NCBI GenBank assembly: GCA_023137195.1
Contig: JAGLPV010000040.1
Coordinates: forward strand, 1-25,878
DNA from: Candidatus Aenigmatarchaeota archaeon
GTDB lineage: Archaea > EX4484-52
Direction of reading: 5' to 3'
DNA length: 25,878 nt
Shown here: one piece after another, positions 18,173 to 25,045 of the stretch
Numbering within the stretch: position 1 is the first letter of the stretch
How the letters are laid out: each line of letters opens with the position of its first letter
The notes under the pieces: generated by a model
Seen by the model: the letters and a program-made list of their open reading frames with translations, nothing else
Told to the model about the DNA's origin: nothing
The model's database searches: none
Translations under genes and position numbers: made by a program

Positions 18173-18336
18173 TTAAACCACTTTATTATAGTTTCTTCAA
18201 CTACCGCCAATAAACCAACAATAATTATAGAAATAATTAAGACATTTGGTTGTTTGGCATATATGCTCCATCCAGCAAATAATGAAAATAGTATAATTAA
18301 ACCATTTATAATAAATCTTGTATTTTTTGCTTTCAT
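18169..18336 (-). CDS. Small 55-aa two-TM membrane protein (not in the ORF track)
   Basis: MKAKNTRFIINGLIILFSLFAGWSIYAKQPNVLIISIIIVGLLAVVEETIIKWFK*; its stop overlaps the next start as ATGA (18172-18169). Confidence 0.6.
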   Translation of the reverse strand: MKAKNTRFIINGLIILFSLFAGWSIYAKQPNVLIISIIIVGLLAVVEETIIKWFK

Positions 18337-18365
18337 GCAAATAATAAATGTTCAATTTTAAATTT

Positions 18366-19592
18366 TTATGCACAAACCCCCCTATCCATACCAAACTCCG
18401 CACTAATCCCCAACCCTTGCATCTCTTGTATAACCACACAGATATTATGACACACAACCTTGCATAATACCTCATTAACCTGTGAAGTCCATTTTTTGCT
18501 TCTTACCTTGTCGCCAAATTTAGATTTTATCATGTGAACAGTAGTTTCTGCGTTGCTTCTCTTATGGTAGTGTTGCATATAACTCTCGTTATTAAGCATA
18601 AAGTAGTGATACATCTTTTTCCATGCTACCGAACCGTTTGGCTTGGCTGTTGCATTTTTTTTGAAGGCAATATACGGTGTTGCACCCACATTTGCAATCA
18701 TATTGTGGTTTTCTCTCGAACTATATGCTTTATCTCCGCTCACCTCATTCATATCAAAATGCTCTGCTGTATTATTCACCAACTTTTTCATCTCTGGACA
18801 GTCATTACTATACTCGGTTGTTATGCTTACGCTTGGTATTATGTTTGTTTTTACGCCCGTTATGAAGTGGCATTTTACCCACTTTTTGGAGCATATTTCC
18901 CTGCCATGCTTAAAAGAGAACCATCTTTGAAAGTTATTTGTGCCAAATCCCGTGCTGTCAACTCCAAAATCATTTTCAACGCTTTTTAATGGCAGACTTG
19001 TTGTAGTTACTATATTAGATAATATTGATGTTAATTCTTTCTTATTAAAATAATCAAACATTGTATTGTAGGGTATTTTTTTACTAACATATCCTTTCTC
19101 TTGGGCTATTTCCATGTCGCTCATAAATCTCCTGCCGGAAAATGTAGAATATGTCTTAAATATCATTGTATAAATCATGTCGCTTATTGGTGTGGTAGGT
19201 CTGCCAAATTTATAATCCTGTTGTGGTATGTTGTTAGTTACATCTCCTAAAAGTTGCATGAGCATCTTTTTTTCTCCCTGCTGTGCTGTATTGTATGCGT
19301 TCCAATCCTGCTTATATGTCTTTCTCACAGTCTGTGTTACTGTTACATTACCCTTATTATCTACTTCTTCGGTTACGATAAATTCAACTGCGAAAATGTG
19401 TTTGCATTTACAGTTTCTCGTTTGGCAGTCGGGACAGTTGCATTTTGCCTCGAAACCGTTGCTTATTACCATATAAAAACCACTTCCGTATTGGCTTGGC
19501 ACTTTCCAGCCCTCTTTTGTCTTTTCTATTCTTGTTGTCTTTGCAATTTGCAATCCTCTTTGTTTTCTTGCTTCTATTTGTTGATTATCCAT
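18366..19592 (-). CDS. DDE transposase (IS5 family, IS903-like core) with an N-terminal SWIM zinc finger
   Basis: SWIM: CNCPD...CKHIFAV. Core: VDSTGF, WVKCH, GDKAYSS, YHKRSNAETTVHMIK, QVNEVLCKVVCHN. Start is ATG 19592 or GTG 19601. Confidence 0.9.
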   Translation of the reverse strand: MDNQQIEARKQRGLQIAKTTRIEKTKEGWKVPSQYGSGFYMVISNGFEAKCNCPDCQTRNCKCKHIFAVEFIVTEEVDNKGNVTVTQTVRKTYKQDWNAYNTAQQGEKKMLMQLLGDVTNNIPQQDYKFGRPTTPISDMIYTMIFKTYSTFSGRRFMSDMEIAQEKGYVSKKIPYNTMFDYFNKKELTSILSNIVTTTSLPLKSVENDFGVDSTGFGTNNFQRWFSFKHGREICSKKWVKCHFITGVKTNIIPSVSITTEYSNDCPEMKKLVNNTAEHFDMNEVSGDKAYSSRENHNMIANVGATPYIAFKKNATAKPNGSVAWKKMYHYFMLNNESYMQHYHKRSNAETTVHMIKSKFGDKVRSKKWTSQVNEVLCKVVCHNICVVIQEMQGLGISAEFGMDRGVCA

Positions 19593-19604
19593 TGTTATCA
19601 CATA

Positions 19605-19681
19605 TTCGTATGATTATATAGTAGTAATCTTTATAAATACACACCATTATCATACGAAAATCTATTAAATACGATAGATTT
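19605..19681. promoter_or_regulatory. Divergent promoter region with inverted repeats TTCGTATGAT/ATCATACGAA (19605-19614, 19649-19658) bracketing TTTATAAA (19630-19637), and AAATCTAT/ATAGATTT (19658-19665, 19674-19681)
   Basis: Read directly between the divergent transposase and AbrB genes; the operator role is inferred. Confidence 0.5.
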
Positions 19682-19716
19682 AAATAATTATTCATACAAT
19701 TATTATATAGATATTT

Positions 19717-19977
19717 ATGAAAAAATCAGATGAACTGCCAAAGGTAGATTACTCAAAGCTTCCAAAAGACATAGAAGATGTTGTAATAAATAGAGAAGAA
19801 TATGTAATAGAAGAAAAGGCAAAGCTTACATGGGACGGCAGACAGTTTCTTGTTCGCATACCATCTGAAATAGCAAAAGAGATGAATTTAAATAAAGAGA
19901 ATGTGGTAAAATTTAGATTAACAAAACCTCTGCCAGATTCAGAGGATAAACTAAAGTTAGATATAGAGATAGTATGA
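19717..19977 (+). CDS. AbrB/MazE/SpoVT-like DNA-binding protein
   Basis: KAKLTWDGRQFLVRIPSEIAKEMNLNKENVVKF fits the swapped-hairpin pattern. Confidence 0.72.
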   Translation: MKKSDELPKVDYSKLPKDIEDVVINREEYVIEEKAKLTWDGRQFLVRIPSEIAKEMNLNKENVVKFRLTKPLPDSEDKLKLDIEIV

Positions 19978-20174
19978 TTAAATTTACGCCAGAAGAAAAG
20001 CGAATAATAAGGACGCTGTATTCGGCAAATAAACCGCTCACTACAAAACGAATTTCAGAAAAGACGGATATGGCGTGGCAGACCGCAAAAAAGTATTTAA
20101 CTCTGTTACATAAAAAGAATGTAGTAGATAAAAAAAAATATGGGAAGTCTATATTTTGGTGGTTGAGAACTTAG
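19974..20174 (+). CDS. Small winged-helix HTH protein
   Basis: PLTTKRISEKTDMAWQTAKKYLTLLHKKNVV plus a beta wing; ATGA-coupled to the AbrB-like gene. Confidence 0.78.
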   Translation: MIKFTPEEKRIIRTLYSANKPLTTKRISEKTDMAWQTAKKYLTLLHKKNVVDKKKYGKSIFWWLRT

Positions 20175-20214
20175 TTAATAAAGTTGAAAAGTAAATAATT
20201 AAAAGGAGATTACT

Positions 20215-22557
20215 ATAGATTATCAAATTATCAAACAATATTTAGACAAACAAAAAATTAAGGTTGTTGAAACTTATGATTTTGAAAATAAAAAAGTAAA
20301 GTATTCTGAAAAAGTAGATGGTTGGAAAATTGATAAATTTAGAGGCGATGAAGAAGTCGTCAGAGCTTTCATTCTTGCAAAACTTGTCAACGAATTAGGA
20401 TATAAGCCAGAAAATATCAAAATTGAAAAAGAATATGATATAGGTAGACCAAAAGTAAATAAGCCGAGAATTGATATTATTGTTAGAGATAAAAAAGGCG
20501 GTTCTTTTCTTTATATTGAACTTAAAAGTCCACAAGATTATGAAAAAGAACAAGACGAAGTAATTGAAAAACAACTTTTCAATCTTGCATCACAAGAAAA
20601 AGGACAAGGAAATAATGTAAAATATCTTGTTCTTTATACTTTTGAAATTATTGATGATGAAATAAAAGATAAGTGCATAATAATTGATTATGAAAAATAT
20701 GCTTCTTTTGAATCTTGGAAGAAAGAAAGAAATTATCTTAATGAATTAAAAGGAAATTATGGTAAATCCAGAAAAATCGTATATAAAAATATTTTAGAAC
20801 ACAAACAAAAATATTTTATTACAACACTTACAGAAAGTCAAACAAATGAGTTGAAAACAAAAATACATAATACTCTTTGGAGTAATGGCGTATCAGATAA
20901 TGAAGCATATTTATTACTTGTAAAATATTTATTAACAAAAATTTATGATGAAAACAATACTATAGAAAATGAAGAATTTAAGTGTCAGGAATTTGAAAAC
21001 AATAATGATGAGGAAATATATGATAGAATAAATAAGAGATACAAAGAGGCATTAAAAAATAGATTAAACTATTCTTCTAAAGAAGTAGAGCAATTAAATA
21101 TTATAGATAAACAAAGAACAACAGAAAAATCATTATCTTTTTTAGTTAAATTAATGGAAAGATATTATTTTACCGATATTTTACGAAATAGTAAAGGTAA
21201 AGATATATTAGGAAAATTCTTTGAAGCAATAAATAGAGATGGTTTTAAGCAATCAAAAGGGCAATTTTTTACATCAAATAATATTGTAAAATTTATTATA
21301 TATGGATTGAAATTAGATGATTTAGCAATTGATTTAATAAATAATAAAAATAGATTGCCCTATGTTATAGACCCATCCGTCGGCAGTGGCACTTATCTCA
21401 TAGAACTTATGAAAATTATTACTAATGAAGTTCCAAATAATAAAAAATTAGCCAATACAAATACAGTAAAAAATTTTTTAATAAAAACATTTCCAAAGGA
21501 ATGTGAAAATATTTGGGCAGAAGATTATCTTTATGGGGTGGATAATTCATATGATTTAGCAATTTCTACAAAAGTAAATATGATTATGCATGGTGATGGA
21601 AGTAGTAGGATATATCATAAAGATGCTTTACTTGACTTTGAAGAATACAAAAATTTAAATGATAAATTATTTAACCAAATAAAAAATTCTCCTTTAATAA
21701 ACAACAAGAATGTTATAGAGCAATTTGATGCTGTTATATCCAATCCGCCTTTTAGTGTAGAACAAAAAGAAGAAAAATCAAGTTTAGATAAAATTTTTAT
21801 TTTTGGAAGTAAAAAGAACTCAGAAAATCTTTTCATTGAAAGATGGTATCAGTTATTAAAGCCAAATGGTCGTTTGGGTGTGGTTTTGCCCGAAAGTGTT
21901 TTTGATACAACAGAAAATAAATATATTAGGTTGTTTTTATACAAATATTTTAAAATAAAAGCAGTTGTGAGTTTACCCCAATTAGCTTTCGAGCCACACA
22001 CTAGCACAAAAACAAGTTTACTTTTTGCTCAAAAGAAAACCAAATCTGAAATTGAAGAGTGGAATAAACTTTGGAAGATATATTCTGAGGAATGGAAATA
22101 TCTAAAAACCAGATGCGAAAATCTTGCAAATATTTATCTTGAAGAAAATGATAGAAAGAAATTACATTCTATCAAAGACTTAACTGAAAAAGAAGAAAAA
22201 GAAATATTAACAAGAATGCTCAAAGATTATATTGAAAATGATGATAAAAAACTTTCTTCTAAAGAAATCGTTAAAAAGTATAAAGATGAACTCAAAGAAC
22301 TTTGCAAATACGATAATGACACGAAAGATGTTTTTAAATTTGTAAACACTTGGTGGGTTTTTGGAGAAGTTGCTAAAGAATTGAATTATAAAATTTTCAT
22401 GGCAGAAGTTGAAAATATCGGATACAAGAGAACTAAAAGAGGAGAAAAACCAATGCCAAATGAGCTTTATCGCATAAATGAAAAAGGAGAGGTTTTAGTA
22501 GATGATAGCGTTAAAGAAACCGCTTTGGATTATTTAAGGGATGTAAAATGGGATTAA
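20215..22557 (+). CDS. Fused restriction endonuclease (HsdR_N-like PD-(D/E)xK) and N6-adenine methyltransferase, about 780 aa, apparent ATA start
   Basis: Frame is open from 20203 and continuous with the 20851 ORF. N-terminal EEVVRAF...LGY...IEKEY...RIDIIV...IELKS; MTase GQFFT, DPSVGSG, NPPF. AAGGAG at 20203-20208 lies 6 nt before ATA 20215. Confidence 0.85.
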   Translation: MDYQIIKQYLDKQKIKVVETYDFENKKVKYSEKVDGWKIDKFRGDEEVVRAFILAKLVNELGYKPENIKIEKEYDIGRPKVNKPRIDIIVRDKKGGSFLYIELKSPQDYEKEQDEVIEKQLFNLASQEKGQGNNVKYLVLYTFEIIDDEIKDKCIIIDYEKYASFESWKKERNYLNELKGNYGKSRKIVYKNILEHKQKYFITTLTESQTNELKTKIHNTLWSNGVSDNEAYLLLVKYLLTKIYDENNTIENEEFKCQEFENNNDEEIYDRINKRYKEALKNRLNYSSKEVEQLNIIDKQRTTEKSLSFLVKLMERYYFTDILRNSKGKDILGKFFEAINRDGFKQSKGQFFTSNNIVKFIIYGLKLDDLAIDLINNKNRLPYVIDPSVGSGTYLIELMKIITNEVPNNKKLANTNTVKNFLIKTFPKECENIWAEDYLYGVDNSYDLAISTKVNMIMHGDGSSRIYHKDALLDFEEYKNLNDKLFNQIKNSPLINNKNVIEQFDAVISNPPFSVEQKEEKSSLDKIFIFGSKKNSENLFIERWYQLLKPNGRLGVVLPESVFDTTENKYIRLFLYKYFKIKAVVSLPQLAFEPHTSTKTSLLFAQKKTKSEIEEWNKLWKIYSEEWKYLKTRCENLANIYLEENDRKKLHSIKDLTEKEEKEILTRMLKDYIENDDKKLSSKEIVKKYKDELKELCKYDNDTKDVFKFVNTWWVFGEVAKELNYKIFMAEVENIGYKRTKRGEKPMPNELYRINEKGEVLVDDSVKETALDYLRDVKWD

Positions 22558-23969
22558 AAACTTTTACGATTGATTTTGCGGAATTATCTATTGATTCAAA
22601 AGTAGGATTAAAAGATTATTCTTGCTTATACAAAACAGGCATTCGTTTAAAGAGTTTTTTGTTAAACCAGAATGTTCAAACAGATATAAAATCAGGCAGA
22701 ACACCATCGAGATTTAATGAAGATTATTGGAATGGTGAAAATGAATTTTTAACAATGTCTGATGTTGATACACTAACTTTTTCAATAAATCCAGAATGTA
22801 CTGATAAAATTACCGATTATGCAGTAGAAGAGGAAAAAACACTTTATCAAGCAAAAGCAAACTCCTTAGTCGTTTCAAATGCAATGACCGTCGGTTTATC
22901 TTTTCTTTTAGATAGACCAGTTTTTATAAACCAAAATGTTTTTGAAGTAAATTTAGACGAGAAAAAAGTTAATAAAAAATTTGTTTTATGGTACTTGAAT
23001 TTAATTGTTAGACCTCTTTTTCAAACGATATACACATCAAAATATTTATCAAAAGATGAATTGGGGAGAATTAAAATCCCTTTAATCCCAAAACCAAAAC
23101 AAGACCAAATCGTTTCCAAAATAGAACCAATTGAAAATAAAATCAAAGAACTTAAAGCCCATATCAAACATCCACAAAAAATTATCAATAAAGTTTTTGC
23201 AAGAGAGTTTAGGTTTGATAAAAATTCATATAATGATTTTGGTAAAGGAAGGACAGCAGGAACACAAATAGCACAAAATAGAATTTTAAGAGTTTTTAAT
23301 ACTGATTTTAATGAACTTTCAAGAAGCAAAATAGCAAGATTTTCTACAAGATTCCATAATCCGCCAACAAAGAAGTTAATGGATTTTTTGGATAATATTG
23401 ATACTTTACAAGTAAAAGATGTTGTTGAAAGTTATGAAAAAGGAATACAACCAAAATATAATCCAGACGGAGATATACCTGTTGTAAAAATTGCAAATCT
23501 TAAAAACGGACATATTGATTTTTCAGGACCTGAATTTATCACACAAGAATATTATAATAAATTGGATGATAAGAAAAAATTAAAACAAAAAAATATAATT
23601 GTCTGTGCAACTGGAAAAATATCTTTGGGTAAGATTGATTTCTATGATTATGAAACAGAATCAATAACAACTGTAGATAATTATATTTTAAGATTGAAAG
23701 AAAATTATAATTCTCTATTTTTCACTTATTTTTTTAGAAGCATTTTGGGATATTTTCAGATTGAAAGAGATTTTACAGGAGCAACAAATCAAATACATCT
23801 TTATTGGGAGCAAATTTCAAATTTCCGAATCCCAAACATTCCTTTAAATGCTCAACAAAAAATCGTTGATGAAATAAAAGCAGAATTAGACAAGCAGGAA
23901 GAAGGTAAAAATAAAATAGAAACTGAAAGAAACAAAATTGATGAAATTATTGAAAAGGCAAGTAAATAA
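22548..23969 (+). CDS. Restriction-modification specificity subunit (HsdS-like, two TRDs)
   Basis: IKSGRTPS, IKIPLIPKPKQDQIV, IPVVKIANLKNG, FRIPNIPLNAQQKIVDEI; overlaps the MTase stop. Confidence 0.88.
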   Translation: MGLKTFTIDFAELSIDSKVGLKDYSCLYKTGIRLKSFLLNQNVQTDIKSGRTPSRFNEDYWNGENEFLTMSDVDTLTFSINPECTDKITDYAVEEEKTLYQAKANSLVVSNAMTVGLSFLLDRPVFINQNVFEVNLDEKKVNKKFVLWYLNLIVRPLFQTIYTSKYLSKDELGRIKIPLIPKPKQDQIVSKIEPIENKIKELKAHIKHPQKIINKVFAREFRFDKNSYNDFGKGRTAGTQIAQNRILRVFNTDFNELSRSKIARFSTRFHNPPTKKLMDFLDNIDTLQVKDVVESYEKGIQPKYNPDGDIPVVKIANLKNGHIDFSGPEFITQEYYNKLDDKKKLKQKNIIVCATGKISLGKIDFYDYETESITTVDNYILRLKENYNSLFFTYFFRSILGYFQIERDFTGATNQIHLYWEQISNFRIPNIPLNAQQKIVDEIKAELDKQEEGKNKIETERNKIDEIIEKASK

Positions 23970-24015
23970 GATTTTTCGATAATATTCTTAAACATCAAAA
24001 TAGTACTTATATTCT

Positions 24016-24394
24016 ATGGACTGGAAAGAAAATACAAAACAGACCTTAAAGACAAACTAAAAGAATCAGACGAGCAATACAAACTATACAAAGCCACAAA
24101 AAAAAAATAAAACACTTAAACAAGGCAGGAAATGCCTTGTTTATTGCAGTAAAAAAACATTTAATGATAAACTACAACCAAAGAATAAGCAAGAATTATT
24201 ATAATTCTCATAATGTAACGGGCGTTTTTCGTAAAATATTAAAATTGAGTGATGATGATAGGTTTTTACTTAGGACCGTCGATTATTCCCGCATAAAGAA
24301 TATCTATTATGGATGGGAACCCGAACCAGTAACAAATATGGATTATAAAGATGCACGGAAGAAAATGAAACGCCTAACTTTAGAAAAAATTTAA
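24016..24394 (+). pseudogene. Frameshifted paralog of the downstream 103-aa gene
   Basis: Three consecutive frames join into MDWKE-KYKTDLKDKLKESDEQYKLYKATKKK-IKHLNKAGNALFIAVKKHL..., which aligns with NLNKADEEYRLYNTTKEAIHLQNAGESLFKAVKKHI; both breaks fall in A runs. Confidence 0.6.
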
Positions 24395-24418
24395 AAATAT
24401 CAAATACCCCTATATGCC

Positions 24419-24730
24419 ATGGAATCAAAAGAAAATAATCTAAATAAAGCAGATGAAGAATACCGCTTGTATAATACAACCAAAGAAGCGATACACCTTC
24501 AAAATGCAGGAGAATCTTTATTCAAGGCAGTAAAAAAGCACATAAACGAAAAATACAATGAAAATGCAAAAAACTATGTGGATTTTTTTGATATAAAGAT
24601 GAATGAAAAAGACAGAAAATTGTTTATATTTACTAATATGTCCCGTTTGGGCGTTATGACTAAAAAAGATGATGAAGCTGTATTTATCGCAGAGCAGATG
24701 TATTTAGATTTAAGAAAAAGGATGAATTAA
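24419..24730 (+). CDS. Hypothetical helical protein, weakly HEPN/PaREP1-like
   Basis: 103-aa ORF; LQNAGESLFKAV resembles the QAxEKxxxA helix of PaREP1/HEPN proteins (tentative). Confidence 0.5.
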   Translation: MESKENNLNKADEEYRLYNTTKEAIHLQNAGESLFKAVKKHINEKYNENAKNYVDFFDIKMNEKDRKLFIFTNMSRLGVMTKKDDEAVFIAEQMYLDLRKRMN

Positions 24731-24745
24731 GTTATTTTTGGGTTT

Positions 24746-24764
24746 AAGCCCATTCATTGGGCTT
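24746..24764. terminator. Short hairpin AAGCCCA-TTCAT-TGGGCTT between the last cargo gene and the right end
   Basis: 7-bp perfect stem; terminator function is unproven. Confidence 0.25.
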
Positions 24765-24770
24765 GTGCTG

Positions 24771-24825
24771 ACTTTTCGGGCAAAAATTGGACTTTTCGGG
24801 CAGAAGCTACTTATCGGGCAAAGCC
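24771..24825. repeat. Right end: two subterminal ACTTTTCGGGCA copies (24771-24782, 24791-24802) plus the 17-bp TIR (24809-24825)
   Basis: Read directly; same 20-bp period as at the left end. Confidence 0.9.
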
Positions 24826-24983
24826 GCTTTTTTCAGAAGCTTTTTATATACCCGATACTGATCTTTTGTATCGAGCAATACTTGTCTTGGCTCTTCAGGT
24901 CGTCCCGTAATTCTTCCAAAAGGAGTTTTTTTAGATTCTAATTTATCTTCTTTTTTGTCATCTGTTTTTTTCAAAAAACCCAT
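24807..24983 (-). pseudogene. Detached native 5' end of the giant gene (now a 58-aa ORF that ends inside the element)
   Basis: MGFLKKTDDKKEDKLESKKTPFGRITGRPEEPRQVLLDTKDQYRVYKKLLKKA crosses the TSD in the same frame as KKAYSLG of the giant ORF; TATA-like TATATAAA at 25013-25006 upstream. Confidence 0.82.
24826..24834. repeat. Right copy of the 9-bp target-site duplication GCTTTTTTC
   Basis: Identical to 17712-17720. Confidence 0.88.
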
Positions 24984-25045
24984 GTAATTATTATATATTC
25001 AATTATTTATATATTTTACAAAATAACCAATAAAATAACAGACAT

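Larger units (their letters stand above)
17721..24825. mobile_element. 7,105-bp IS5-family (IS903-like) cargo-carrying transposon with a single internal transposase and RM cargo
   Basis: Perfect TIRs GGCTTTGCCCGATAAGT (17721-17737) and ACTTATCGGGCAAAGCC (24809-24825); 9-bp TSD; DDE transposase inside; the flanks rejoin into one in-frame ORF. Confidence 0.92.

Noticed and set aside
18197-18475. 92-aa minus-strand ORF
   Set aside because: Overlaps the transposase 3' end out of frame; the 55-aa TM ORF at 18169-18336 is the more plausible gene.
17752-24820. ACTTTTCGGGCA repeats as a CRISPR array
   Set aside because: Only 12 bp with 6-8 nt gaps, no cas genes, and explained as transposon end sites.
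17721-24825. IS1595-family, casposon or composite-transposon interpretation
   Set aside because: The transposase motifs are IS5/IS903-like, there is no Cas1 or PolB, and only one transposase and one TIR pair exist.
17713-24833. Alternative boundary: 18-bp TIR starting CGGC with a 7-bp TSD CTTTTTT
   Set aside because: Formally compatible with the sequence, but GGCTTTG ends with a 9-bp TSD match the IS903 pattern; other insertions would settle it.
24738-24941. 67-aa plus-strand ORF
   Set aside because: Crosses the transposon end and is antisense to the detached 5' fragment of the giant gene.
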